Positions 21,645 through 32,374 of a stretch of DNA of 64,000 bases are shown here, in pieces. Position numbers and translations under genes: made by a program. The notes beneath the pieces are model-generated. The model ran no database searches, had not been told where the DNA came from, and was given only the letters and a program-made list of their open reading frames with translations. The DNA is taken from assembly GCA_963675755.2 (NCBI GenBank), contig CAXXMD010000002.1, forward strand, positions 896,001 through 960,000, given 5' to 3'. The stretch is from a bacterium. GTDB lineage: Bacteria > Zhuqueibacterota > Zhuqueibacteria > Residuimicrobiales > Krinioviventaceae. How positions within the stretch are numbered: the stretch's first letter is position 1; every line of letters begins with the position of its first letter.

Positions 21645-22293
21645 CTAACGGTTTTGTACAGTTTCCCAGTCTTTTAAAAAGCTATCAATACCCTTTGTCA
21701 GTTAAAGGATGCTTGATCAATTTTTCAACGACAGAAAATGGTATAGTGGCAATATGAGCACCCAACAAAGCAGCATCCTGAACATGTAAGGTGCTGCGAA
21801 TACTGGCGACAATGATTTCGGTAGTAAAACCATAATTTTCATAAATTTGTAAAATTTGCTCAATCAAATCCATACCAACATGACCGGCATCATCCAATCT
21901 TCCAACAAATGGACATATAAAAGAAGCACCAGCTTTTGCAGCAAGTAATGCCTGCATTGGGCTAAAAATCAATGTAACTAACGTCCGGATACCTTCTTTT
22001 TCAAGAGCGTTTACGGCCATTAAACCATCTTTTGTTGCAGGAATTTTTATTACAATATTATCGTGTATTTTGGCAAGGTTCAGGCTTTCGGCAATAATTT
22101 CATCAGCATCAAGACTAACCGCTTCTGCGCAAACCGGACCATCAACGATCTCACAAATAGATTTGTAGATTTCTTCAGGAGTTCCATTTTCTTTTGCCAA
22201 TAATGTAGGATTTGTAGTAACGCCATCAATCACACCTAGCGCTGCGGCTTTTTCAATTTCTTCAATATTGGCTGTATCAATAAAAAACTTCAT
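21645..22293 (-). CDS. fsa: fructose-6-phosphate aldolase/transaldolase (C-terminal +1 indel)
   Basis: [37 protein letters not shown] then shifted IDSFLKDW. Confidence 0.88.
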
Positions 22294-23043
22294 TTTCAGA
22301 CTCCGTATAATTTTCATATCCAATTTTAACCAAAAACAATCCTTGTGGCGGCGCCGTTTGTCCTGCAGCGCATCTGTCTTTGGGCTTTTAATATTTCCAA
22401 TAAATCATTTTTGATTTAGGGTGCCATTACCAATATTAATAAAAGTACCTACCAAAATCCTTACCATATTATGAAGAAAACGATTCGCAATAATGTCAAA
22501 ATGTATCCTGTCACCTTTTTCATGCCATAGAACCTTGTGAACATCACAATTGTAATGTTTTACATCAGAACCAGCCTGACAAAAAGATTCAAAATCATGA
22601 ATTCCCATTATAAGCGAACTTGCTTCCTGCATTTTTAAAATGTCGATATCATCCTTTAAATACCAGGCATATTGTCTGCCTATTGCCAAAGGTCTTTTTA
22701 TAATATGATAACGATAAGACCGATAATATGCACTGTATCTTGAATTAAAATCTTCATCTACTTCTGATGAATCCAGAACTTTGACATCTCTTGGCAATAA
22801 TGGATTCAAACCAACAGTAAAAACATGAACAGGTAAATTTGAATCCGTTTTAAAATTGACAACCTGGCCTAATGCATGAACACCAGCGTCTGTACGTCCT
22901 GCACTGGTAACACGGATAAATGATCTTGTCAACTTTTCCAATGCAGCTTCAAGCTCACCCTGTACCGTACGTACATCATTCTGGACTTGCCATCCGCAAA
23001 AGTCCGTACCGTCATATTCAACAATTAATTTAATATTGCGCAT
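22277..23043 (-). CDS. truA: tRNA pseudouridine(38-40) synthase (C-terminal indels)
   Basis: [27 protein letters not shown]; [12 protein letters not shown] lies in a shifted frame. Confidence 0.92.
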
Positions 23044-23061
23044 ATCAGCTGTTAGTACAGT

Positions 23062-23862
23062 TTATAATGCAAAAACACAAAATGTAAAAAGAACAAAACA
23101 TGCTGACAAAGCAATATAATCAGCATATTTAAAAGATAATACCGTATAACTAGAACGTGAATCTCCACCATGGTAACATCTTGAATCCATAGCTAAGGCT
23201 AGATCATCTGCGCGTCTAAATGCAGAAATGAAAAGAGGTATTATCAACGGAACTATATTTTTTGCTCTATCTATTATACTACCCTCATATGATGCACCAC
23301 GTGACATTTGAGCGTTTTTCAAACGTTGCGTCTCTTCAATCAATGTAGGAATAAAACGCAAAGATAATGTTAGCATCATGACAATTTCATGTGAAGGCAA
23401 TCCGATTTTTTTCAAGGGTTTGAACAATTTATCCAAAGCATCCGTCAGCTCGATCGGTAAAGTGGATAGAGTCAACAATGCAGCTAAAACAATCAAGACT
23501 GCCAGTCGGATAGAGTATTGCAAGCCAAGCATTAAACCTTCAAATGTTAAAGTTAAATGCAGACTTTTAAATTCAAATAATGGCTTGCCGGGTGTCCAAA
23601 ATAAATGAACAACCATGGTTAAAATAAAAAGCCACAAAAAGGGTCTCAGGTTTTTGAAAACCAGAGAAAATGGTATTTTAGAAAAAACTGTTATTATAAC
23701 AAGTAACAATATAAAAAAAAGAATAATCCATAAATTTTTCGAAACCAGTAATGCAGTCATTAGCAATAATACCGAAAGCAATTTTGTTCTTGGGTCCAAC
23801 TGATGAACAAAAGAATCACTGGGAAAATATTGCCCCAAAGTTATATCTGAAACAAATGCCAT
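23062..23862 (-). CDS. ecfT: ECF transporter transmembrane T component
   Basis: LDPRTKL, LRFIPT, AQMSRG, LALAMDSRCY; next to truA. Confidence 0.9.
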   Translation of the reverse strand: MAFVSDITLGQYFPSDSFVHQLDPRTKLLSVLLLMTALLVSKNLWIILFFILLLVIITVFSKIPFSLVFKNLRPFLWLFILTMVVHLFWTPGKPLFEFKSLHLTLTFEGLMLGLQYSIRLAVLIVLAALLTLSTLPIELTDALDKLFKPLKKIGLPSHEIVMMLTLSLRFIPTLIEETQRLKNAQMSRGASYEGSIIDRAKNIVPLIIPLFISAFRRADDLALAMDSRCYHGGDSRSSYTVLSFKYADYIALSACFVLFTFCVFAL

Positions 23863-24076
23863 AATTCTATCCTAAATTGGTAAAATATAATAAAATTTAA
23901 ACTAAAAACAAATAAAATAGTCATTGCTTATGTAATGCATTATTAAGATTTTACAACCAAAAATCATAGAATATTGATTGTTTTACTTGCTATTAAAAGA
24001 TAATTTTTCAATATTATTAAATCTTGTTATTTTGCAACATTCCCCGTCAAGAAAACATTCACTACTGGAGGATTTC

Positions 24077-26104
24077 ATGGCAAATCAGTCTGAAAAGGGT
24101 TCAGGGACAAATTTTCAACCGTACGTGCCCATTCAAACCGAAATGAAAGAGTTTACATTCAAGGCTATTTTTCTTGGAATGTTAATGGCTATTATTCTGG
24201 GTGCCGCTAATGTTTACCTTGGGTTAAAAGCTGGTATGACAGTAGCTGCTACTTTTCCGGCAGCAGTTATTGCAATGGCGATATTGCGTCCCTTTAAAGG
24301 TAACATTCTGGAAGAGAACCTGGCCCGTACTACCGGTGCAGTTGGTGAAGCACTTGCAGCGGGAGCAATTTTCACTATTCCGGCATTTGTAATGGCCGGC
24401 GTTTGGCAAGATTTTGATTATTTTAAAAGCACCATGCTTATGCTGGTAGGTGGTATTTTGGGTGTTCTCTTTATTATTATTCTTCGCCGCACACTGGTCG
24501 AAGACCAAACACTCCCCTATCCTGAAAGTAAAGCTTGTGCAGAAATTGTTAAAGCAGGACAAGGCGGTCAATCAGGTGCTAAATTTGTATTTCTGCCAAT
24601 GGGTTTAGCTGCATTGATTGAATTTTTGAAAAATGATAATGGTTTGAAAATTATCAAAGATTCTGTAACAGGCTTTTTTCAATTCCATTCATCCAAAATC
24701 TCACTTTTGGATGGAAACAGTAATATTTATGAAATTGTATCACAAACGGGTGATAAATTAAAAGCTCAATTCTCTTTTACCGGCGGTATGTTTTTACAAA
24801 GCCCTTCTGCATCCCCGGCGTTTGTTGGTGTTGGTTATATCATTGGCTTCCGTTTAGCAGCTATAACTTTTTCGGGTGGTGTTTTTGGCTGGTTATTTTT
24901 AATGCCAATTGTACTATTCCTTACCAGTGGCTCCATTGAACCTTTTGCACAATCCGTTGACTGGACTACCATGGCAAGGGCCGCATATAATTCCACAGTT
25001 AAACCCATTGCTGTAGGCGGCATGCTGGTAGGTGCTTTTTATACATTATTTAAAATGAGAAACAGTTTATTTTCAGGTATATCAAGAGGAATTCAAGATA
25101 TTAAAAAAGCTGGCAGCGGTGAATCAAAATCCGTACGTACAGATAAAGATGCTCCTTTTGGTATGACGATATTATCTATAATTATCCTCGTTGTCTGTAT
25201 GATCATTTTGTACCAAACATTCAGTCACAATTGGGGCTCTGCAATACTGGCAGCCGTTGTAATGGCTCTTGCAGGATTTATTTTTGCCGCAGTTGCAGGT
25301 TACCTGGTTGGAATTATCGGTAGTTCATCCAATCCCATTTCTGGTCTTACATTATCAACATTATTAATCGCAGCATTATTGATGGTTATGGTTGGTATGA
25401 AGGGCAACCCTGGCGTTGCTGCAGTTCTTGCAGTTTCATCCGTTGTTTGCTGTGTCGCGGGCGTTGCAGGAGACATGATGCAGGATCTCAAAGTAGGTCA
25501 CATTTTGGGTGGTACACCATGGAAAATGCAGGTTGGTGAAATGATGGGCGTTGTTGCAGCATCATTAGTTTTGGTTGTTCCTATCATGCTTTTACATCAT
25601 GCTTATGGACTGGGTAGCGAGTCTTTACCCGCGCCTCAAGCCGGTCTTATGGCAATGATGAGTAAAGGTATTGTAAGTGGCGAAATGGCATGGCCTCTGG
25701 TTATTGCCGGCATGTTATTCTCTATTGCTCTCATTCTCATTGGTTCTCCTTCTCCTATGCTCATTGCTGTTGGAATGTATTTACCATTAACAACTACATT
25801 TGCTATTTTTATTGGTGGCTTAATTAAACATGTAGTAGATGTTCTTGCTGCAAAAAAAGCTAAAACAGATGAAGATAAAAATTTAGTAGAAAATACAGGA
25901 TTGCTGCTAGCTTCGGGACTTGTTGCCGGAGAAGCATTAACCGGTATCATACTGGCAGCTCTTGTTGTAGCAGAAATCAATATTAAATCATTCTTTGGCA
26001 TTCCTGAATCATTTGATGGATTCTGGTGGATGGGTCTGGTAGTATTTGCCGTACTGGCATTCGTTCTTATAAAATATCCCATACAAAAACTGAATAAATC
26101 ATAA
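24077..26104 (+). CDS. OPT family oligopeptide transporter
   Basis: ANVYLGLKAG, NILEEN, LPYPE, SSNPISG, QDLKVG, LPAPQA; start moved to ATG 24077 after GGAGG. Confidence 0.92.
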   Translation: MANQSEKGSGTNFQPYVPIQTEMKEFTFKAIFLGMLMAIILGAANVYLGLKAGMTVAATFPAAVIAMAILRPFKGNILEENLARTTGAVGEALAAGAIFTIPAFVMAGVWQDFDYFKSTMLMLVGGILGVLFIIILRRTLVEDQTLPYPESKACAEIVKAGQGGQSGAKFVFLPMGLAALIEFLKNDNGLKIIKDSVTGFFQFHSSKISLLDGNSNIYEIVSQTGDKLKAQFSFTGGMFLQSPSASPAFVGVGYIIGFRLAAITFSGGVFGWLFLMPIVLFLTSGSIEPFAQSVDWTTMARAAYNSTVKPIAVGGMLVGAFYTLFKMRNSLFSGISRGIQDIKKAGSGESKSVRTDKDAPFGMTILSIIILVVCMIILYQTFSHNWGSAILAAVVMALAGFIFAAVAGYLVGIIGSSSNPISGLTLSTLLIAALLMVMVGMKGNPGVAAVLAVSSVVCCVAGVAGDMMQDLKVGHILGGTPWKMQVGEMMGVVAASLVLVVPIMLLHHAYGLGSESLPAPQAGLMAMMSKGIVSGEMAWPLVIAGMLFSIALILIGSPSPMLIAVGMYLPLTTTFAIFIGGLIKHVVDVLAAKKAKTDEDKNLVENTGLLLASGLVAGEALTGIILAALVVAEINIKSFFGIPESFDGFWWMGLVVFAVLAFVLIKYPIQKLNKS

Positions 26105-26117
26105 ATCGGAATATCTA

Positions 26118-26492
26118 TTGAATTTATTAACATATACAGCTACACACAATGTTGAATGGACTGAAAATGATTCCGGGCAGGTTGTTTTAACCTGCCCCCG
26201 TATCATTAATCCATTCATGAAAAAACTATTCAAACCGTTTATAAAAAAACAGTATTACAAAGTTACGCTTGATGATTTTGGCAGCTTTGTTTGGAAACAT
26301 ATTGATGATACCAGAACCATCAAAAAAATTGCTGACCTTTTATACAAAGAATTTGGAGAATCGATCCAACCGGTGTATGAAAGATTGGGAATATTCATTA
26401 ACACGTTAGCAAAGCATAACTTTATAATACTAAACCCTGGTATTGCTGAAATGGGAAAAGATTCGCAGGATAAACATGAAAAAAATGGTTGA
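26118..26492 (+). CDS. standalone PqqD-family (RRE-like) protein
   Basis: VTLDDFGSFVWKHIDDTRTIKKIADLLYKEFG...RLGIFINTL winged-helix pattern. Confidence 0.75.
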   Translation: MNLLTYTATHNVEWTENDSGQVVLTCPRIINPFMKKLFKPFIKKQYYKVTLDDFGSFVWKHIDDTRTIKKIADLLYKEFGESIQPVYERLGIFINTLAKHNFIILNPGIAEMGKDSQDKHEKNG

Positions 26493-27423
26493 AACAGCAC
26501 AATCTCTATTAAAGAATTGTCTGGAAATAAAAAAAGATGAAAGTATTCTAATTCTATACCACACACCCTACCAGGATATTGCTGCTATTTTACACCAGGA
26601 ATGCTCTAAGAAGGTTTTTAATACTTTTAAACTTGAAATACCTGATAAATTTTATAAAGACAACTTTACAAACATTTCAAAATTTCTTGGAGAAATGGAT
26701 GCCATTATTGCTCTCACGGATCCATCTATATCCTTTTGGGATAGCAGAATCCAGGCAAACCAGAATGGGGCACGTATAATATGTTTACCCAACATTACAG
26801 ATTCTTCATTTGTAAAATTAGCTAAAACAAATTTTAAACGGATCCACTATCTTAGTAAAAAGATCAGTGATATACTTTCCATCTCCAAAGTCGTTTCTCT
26901 AACTTGTCCGAATGGTACCAATCTCACAATACCTATAACCAATCATGAGGGATTTGCTGAAACAGGACTGGTGAATGCAAAAGGAACATTCTCAAACCTA
27001 CCTGCGGGTGAAGCATGTATTGTTCCGGAAACATGTGATGGAGAGTTTGTTGTAGACAATTGTTCTGAAATGAGCAAAGATGATCCAGACAAATTGGTAA
27101 TTCATATCAAAGATGGGCGAGCAGTTCGAATTTCCGGCGGTAATTCTGCAAAACGTTTGCGCCAAAAACTGGCAAAGATGGGCCCGGAAAGCAGAAAAAT
27201 TATAGAATTTGGAATTGGTACCAATGAATCATTAAAAAATAGTGGCAATCCATTAGAAGATCAAAAGGTTCTTGGCAATATCCACATCACATTAGGGCAA
27301 TATCCATCACAAAGCTCTAAAATGAATCAGATGTTCCCAATACACCTGATTTCATACAAATCTACAGTTGAATTACGGGGTAAAAAAATTATAGACAAGG
27401 GTAAATTAATGCTGGATGTTTAA
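26476..27423 (+). CDS. M29/aminopeptidase T-like protein with partly degenerate metal site
   Basis: GTNLT, NLPAGE, EFGIGTN, DQKVLGNIHITLG. Confidence 0.75.
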   Translation: MKKMVETAQSLLKNCLEIKKDESILILYHTPYQDIAAILHQECSKKVFNTFKLEIPDKFYKDNFTNISKFLGEMDAIIALTDPSISFWDSRIQANQNGARIICLPNITDSSFVKLAKTNFKRIHYLSKKISDILSISKVVSLTCPNGTNLTIPITNHEGFAETGLVNAKGTFSNLPAGEACIVPETCDGEFVVDNCSEMSKDDPDKLVIHIKDGRAVRISGGNSAKRLRQKLAKMGPESRKIIEFGIGTNESLKNSGNPLEDQKVLGNIHITLGQYPSQSSKMNQMFPIHLISYKSTVELRGKKIIDKGKLMLDV

Positions 27424-28067
27424 TTATTTACCAGGGTATCCAGCTTTTCATTTTTTTTATTCAAAAGACGAGACATTCTTTTACTGCTATTATAAACAGC
27501 ATACACATCCATCTTTTGTTGCTCAGTTAAATTCCCCAGCTCATTATCAAATAATTGTTTACAAAGACTTGCAATGGTAGAATTGGCCAGAGACAAGTCA
27601 TCTATCCATTCAGTTTCGTGCTCTGCAGTAGAAGGATGTGATTTTCCATTGCGAGGTGGAGACGGCATCTTGTTGGCTTCAAATTTAGACAAACGAACTA
27701 CATTATCAACAACATTTACCAATTCTCTATGACCAAAAGGTTTATTTAAAAATGCCCGCATTCCCATACGATAACATTCCATCAAATTGTCAGCTTCATC
27801 TGCTTTGGCAGTTAATACAACAATAGGAATATTTCGAATGGATTCATATTGAGGTTGAGTATGTAATTTTTGAATAAACTGTTTACCGGTAATATCTGGC
27901 AAGATAAAATCAAGTACTATAACATCTGGTTTGTGAAATTTAGCAGACTCTAACCCCTCATGACCATTACGAGCAGTATAAAAATCATAACCAGCCCGTC
28001 CAAAGATACGCTTTCCAATTAAAAGCATATCAACATTATCATCAACCAACAAAAGCTTATATTTCAT
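27420..28067 (-). CDS. response regulator (REC) with degenerate DHp-like C-terminus
   Basis: LLVDDN, IVLDFILPD, LTAK, FLNKPF. Confidence 0.85.
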   Translation of the reverse strand: MKYKLLLVDDNVDMLLIGKRIFGRAGYDFYTARNGHEGLESAKFHKPDVIVLDFILPDITGKQFIQKLHTQPQYESIRNIPIVVLTAKADEADNLMECYRMGMRAFLNKPFGHRELVNVVDNVVRLSKFEANKMPSPPRNGKSHPSTAEHETEWIDDLSLANSTIASLCKQLFDNELGNLTEQQKMDVYAVYNSSKRMSRLLNKKNEKLDTLVNN

Positions 28068-28171
28068 AGTGCTTGCACCTTCATTAACCCACGAACCCAT
28101 CATTCACAATTATAAATATAATAAAATATTTATTCAAAACAATAAAAAATTCAATTCAAAATTAAAAAAAA

Positions 28172-29626
28172 TCAAGAATCTAAGAGAGGAAAAGTTAGAA
28201 TAAAAGTAGATCCCTTCCCCACACTGCTTGTCACATTTATCTGCCCGTCATGAATTTCAACCAATTGTTTCACCAGTGACAATCCCAAACCAGATCCTCG
28301 TATGTCCCTCGTTTTCTCATTCTCTGAAACACGGTAAAACTTTTTGAATATATTTTGCAAATCATTTTCCGGAATACCAAAGCCTTCGTCACTTACCTTG
28401 AATGATACATTACCATTTTCTTGCTCCAAAGCCAATAAAACACGAGTATTATCGGGACTATATTTAATGGCATTTGAAAACAAATTGAGTATAATTTGCT
28501 CCATCATTCCATTATCTGCCCAGATAAATACAGGCGAATCTGGCTCATCAACCTGAACGGTGATTTGCTTTTGAGTTGCCAGAAAAGAATTGTTACCCAC
28601 AACAATCTGAACCGTTTCAAGCAGATCAACTTTGGATTTCTGGGGTTGAATTCTTCCGGATTCAATCCTGGAAATATCAAGAAATTTATTTATCAATTCA
28701 CCTAATCGGCTGGATTCTTTCATAATTATGGAAGCGAATTCACCAGCCTGCTCCCTATCCAAATCAGGATCTAACAACAATTCACTAAAGCCTGAAATAC
28801 TGGTTAATGGGGAACGTAGTTCATGTGCCACCATTGAAACCAGTTCTGTTTTCATCCGGTCGATCTCTTTTTGCTGGGTAATATCACGAAGTATAGTAGC
28901 AACACCAATAAGTCCTTCGGTCTGATGTAACACTCGTGCAGCATTTGCCTGTAAAATTAGAGGCTGCCAATTGCCTTTTTGTTTTATTTCGATATCTACA
29001 GAGGGCAATTCCAACTTGTCATGATGTGTTGCTTCCTGAATTAGATGCTGTAATTTAGGTTCATTAATACATTCCATCAAGGGTTTTTCAAGCGCTTCCC
29101 CTTCATCCAGACCAAACCAGCGTTCTGCGGTAGAATTCACAACAAGTATTTTATAATTGGGATCAGTAACGATAACACCATCTGCAATATGTTTGATAAT
29201 GGTTTGGGTTTTGTTACGCTCTGCAATTATCTGGGCAAGATTCATCTCATTTAATCGACGAATCTCAGTTGTCATATAATTGAATAATTTAGCTAATCTA
29301 CCCAGTTCATCATCAGATTTTAATTCAATCTTATGAGAAAACTTGCCTCTGGCAATTTCAGTTGCGCTTTTGGTAAATTCAGCAATAGGTGTTGTTATAT
29401 ATCGTGAAATATAAAACGCTACAACTCCGGAAATAGATAAAACGATAAACAATATCCCAACTATGATCGAAACGATAGATAATACCGAATATTCTGAAAA
29501 TAATAAACCATTAAAAATTGCATAAACTGCAAATAAAACAATAGGAATAATTGTGGCAATTACAATAGCGATAAATAATTTCTTAAACAGTTTGCTATTA
29601 AGCTGCTGATTAAGCCAGTTTGTCAT
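28172..29626 (-). CDS. membrane sensor histidine kinase (HAMP-PAS-HisKA-HATPase)
   Basis: Two TM helices, DELG.LA..FN HAMP, HELRSPL, NAIKYS, DEGFGI, GSGLGL. Confidence 0.93.
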   Translation of the reverse strand: MTNWLNQQLNSKLFKKLFIAIVIATIIPIVLFAVYAIFNGLLFSEYSVLSIVSIIVGILFIVLSISGVVAFYISRYITTPIAEFTKSATEIARGKFSHKIELKSDDELGRLAKLFNYMTTEIRRLNEMNLAQIIAERNKTQTIIKHIADGVIVTDPNYKILVVNSTAERWFGLDEGEALEKPLMECINEPKLQHLIQEATHHDKLELPSVDIEIKQKGNWQPLILQANAARVLHQTEGLIGVATILRDITQQKEIDRMKTELVSMVAHELRSPLTSISGFSELLLDPDLDREQAGEFASIIMKESSRLGELINKFLDISRIESGRIQPQKSKVDLLETVQIVVGNNSFLATQKQITVQVDEPDSPVFIWADNGMMEQIILNLFSNAIKYSPDNTRVLLALEQENGNVSFKVSDEGFGIPENDLQNIFKKFYRVSENEKTRDIRGSGLGLSLVKQLVEIHDGQINVTSSVGKGSTFILTFPLLDS

Positions 29627-29634
29627 ATATCAAA

Positions 29635-30588
29635 TCATCCTTCATCAATAACTAGATTTTTTCCACGGTCTTTGGCAATATAAAGCCTTCTGTCAGCACA
29701 ATCTACAATTTCTTCAAGTGTTAATCCATCCTGTGGGAATGTTGAAACACCAACACTAATAGTTATCCGAACCAATGAGTTATCTCTATGATTTCCAAAC
29801 ATGTCATTGTCAATCAAATTTTTAATTTTAGTTGCTACGGTCATTGCCGATTCTTTGTTCGTATCAGGCAATATCAAAGCAAATTCTTCACCACCATAAC
29901 GGGCTGCAACATCATTACTTCTTACATTTTTTCGTAACAAATCGGCAATCCGTTTTAAAATATTATCTCCTGCAAGATGGCCATAGGTATCATTGTATTT
30001 TTTAAAATCATCAATATCAAACAAAATCAATGAAAAACAGGACTGGTTTCTTTTAACACGCTGAATCTCTTTTATTAAAGAGTCTTTGAAAAAGCGATAA
30101 TTATATAAATTGGTCAAACCATCCGTTGTTGCCAACTCTTGCAATGTTTCCTGCGCAACTTCGAGTTGAGTTACTTTATCCTGCAGCTGATCATGGAGCA
30201 ATTTGATTCTCAATAATGATTTCACTCTTGCCTTAACTTCATGTTTGTTAACTGGCTTTGTAATGAAATCATCAGCACCCGATTCTATACCTGTAATTTT
30301 GTCTTCTATATCATCAAGTGCTGTGACCAATATCACAGGAATATAAAAATGTTCATCTTTACTTTTAATTATTCTGCAGGTTTCAAATCCATCTAGCTCA
30401 GGCATCATTACATCAAGCAATATCAAATCGGGATTTTCTTTTTCAACAAGTTCAAGAGCCTCTTTTCCCGATTCTGCAGTAATTAACTGATATTCATTTT
30501 CCAAATACGATACAAGTACTTTAATATTGGAAGGTATGTCATCAACAACTAGTAATTTTGATTTTTTTTGTAACTCACTTGACTCCAA
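29635..30588 (-). CDS. REC-GGDEF diguanylate cyclase (PleD/WspR-like)
   Basis: REC domain; DGLTNLYN, DIDDFKKYND, RSND I-site, RYGGEEF. Confidence 0.93.
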   Translation of the reverse strand: MESSELQKKSKLLVVDDIPSNIKVLVSYLENEYQLITAESGKEALELVEKENPDLILLDVMMPELDGFETCRIIKSKDEHFYIPVILVTALDDIEDKITGIESGADDFITKPVNKHEVKARVKSLLRIKLLHDQLQDKVTQLEVAQETLQELATTDGLTNLYNYRFFKDSLIKEIQRVKRNQSCFSLILFDIDDFKKYNDTYGHLAGDNILKRIADLLRKNVRSNDVAARYGGEEFALILPDTNKESAMTVATKIKNLIDNDMFGNHRDNSLVRITISVGVSTFPQDGLTLEEIVDCADRRLYIAKDRGKNLVIDEG

Positions 30589-30626
30589 TAATACATCCTT
30601 TATATATCCATCAAGACATGGACAAA

Positions 30627-32078
30627 TTATTCATCAAAAGTATATTTTACATTTAAATTTCTTGCTGCAAGTGCTTCATTTAATCGCGAAACACGTGTAG
30701 TATGTGGAGCGTTTTTTAACAGTTCGGGATTTTCTTCAACTTCATTTGCAATCTGAATCAATATATTGGCAAAATGCTCAATTGAACGCTTACTTTCAGT
30801 TTCTGTAGGCTCTATCATCAATGCTTCAGAAACAATCAATGGAAAGTAAACTGTAGGTGCATGCACACCAAAATCAAGAAGACGTTTAGCAATATCCAAT
30901 GTTTTAACACCCTTGGCTTTTTGTCTGTCACCAGATAAAACAAATTCATGCATGGTTTTTGATTTATATGGCAATTCATAATAATCCTTAACCAGTGACA
31001 ACAGGTAATTGGCGTTTATAATTGCCCATTCTCCTACCTGGCGTAAACCTTTGGCACCTAACATTCGAATATATGTATATGCCCTTACAATAACTGCAAA
31101 ATTACCATAAAAAGTACAAACCTTGCCTATTGAATTTTCCAAATCACAATATAAAGTATATTGATCATTTTCTTTTTTAATACAAGGTTTAGGCAAAAAG
31201 TCTACTACTTTGGCTGAAACACCTACTGGGCCTGAACCAGGTCCGCCGCCACCATGTGGTGTTGAAAAGGTTTTATGCAGATTAAAATGAACAACATCAA
31301 AACCCAAATCACCAGGGCGTACAATACCCAGCAAAGCATTAAGATTTGCTCCATCCATATACATCAATGCACCAATATCATGAAGCATTTTAGAAATCTT
31401 GTCTACTTGTGTTTCAAAAATCCCCAAAGTATTAGGGTTGGTCAACATAAAAGCTGCAACATCATCATTCAATTTAGATTCAAGGTCTGCTAAATCTACA
31501 AGTCCATCTGCATTGGATTTTATAGATACAGACTCATAACCAGCAATTGTAACACTGGCAGGATTGGTTCCATGAGCAGAATCCGGAATTAATACATATT
31601 TACGGGGTTTACCTTGTGATTCATGATATTTTCGAATCATCATCAAACCAGCCAACTCTCCATGGGCACCTGCTGAGGGTTGCAATGAAACGGCTTGTAA
31701 TCCGGAAACATTACAAAGATATTCTGACATCTCGGATAATAATTTCAAAGCACCCTGAATTGTAGATTCAGGCTGTAACGGATGCAATGACTGAAATCCA
31801 GGCAATGCCTGCATATCTTCATTGATCTTGGGATTATATTTCATTGTACATGAACCAAGCGGATAAAAGTCCTTATCAACATGATGATTCAATGTAGAAA
31901 GATTAACAAAATGTCGAACAACCTCTGGTTCACTTACTTCAGGTAAACGCGCCGGAGATTTTCTTAAAAAACTGTTTGGAATCAACTCTGAATTAGGTCG
32001 GGTTGGTACATCACAATCCGGTAAATTTGCTCCAATTTGTCCTTTTGATCCAATTTGAAATATTGAAAGATTTGGCAT
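30627..32078 (-). CDS. gcvPB: glycine dehydrogenase (decarboxylating) subunit 2
   Basis: [37 protein letters not shown]. Confidence 0.96.
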   Translation of the reverse strand: MPNLSIFQIGSKGQIGANLPDCDVPTRPNSELIPNSFLRKSPARLPEVSEPEVVRHFVNLSTLNHHVDKDFYPLGSCTMKYNPKINEDMQALPGFQSLHPLQPESTIQGALKLLSEMSEYLCNVSGLQAVSLQPSAGAHGELAGLMMIRKYHESQGKPRKYVLIPDSAHGTNPASVTIAGYESVSIKSNADGLVDLADLESKLNDDVAAFMLTNPNTLGIFETQVDKISKMLHDIGALMYMDGANLNALLGIVRPGDLGFDVVHFNLHKTFSTPHGGGGPGSGPVGVSAKVVDFLPKPCIKKENDQYTLYCDLENSIGKVCTFYGNFAVIVRAYTYIRMLGAKGLRQVGEWAIINANYLLSLVKDYYELPYKSKTMHEFVLSGDRQKAKGVKTLDIAKRLLDFGVHAPTVYFPLIVSEALMIEPTETESKRSIEHFANILIQIANEVEENPELLKNAPHTTRVSRLNEALAARNLNVKYTFDE

Positions 32079-32374
32079 TTATCACCTCGAGTTCCATATA
32101 AATTAAGATATAAAACTTACAATTTCCAGTAATGATAATCAAGATATTTTATCAAAACATTTAAATAGAAATCAATTGTCAAATAATAGCTTAATTATCA
32201 TAAAAACAGCACATTAAAAGATCAATCACAAGTAAAAAAAACATTTAAACGAAAAACATGTAAATAAAATAAAAAGATAATGTTAAGAAAATGTACTTGA
32301 TTTTTTCAGAGAATCCATTTATCTTGATTTCTGTGCTTTTTAAATATTTTCATTATCTTAGAGGTCGTTTTAAT

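Noticed and set aside
17029-22420. Programmed frameshifting or an alternative genetic code explaining the broken ORFs
   Set aside because: The breaks are irregular indels in both directions with no shared slippery site or in-frame stop read-through, and genes elsewhere use the standard code
23863-24076. RiPP precursor peptide near the PqqD gene
   Set aside because: No credible short ORF with an RBS, and no modifying enzymes nearby
32079-32374. Glycine riboswitch upstream of gcvPB
   Set aside because: Very AT-rich with no recognisable aptamer motifs or stable stems; looks like divergent promoters
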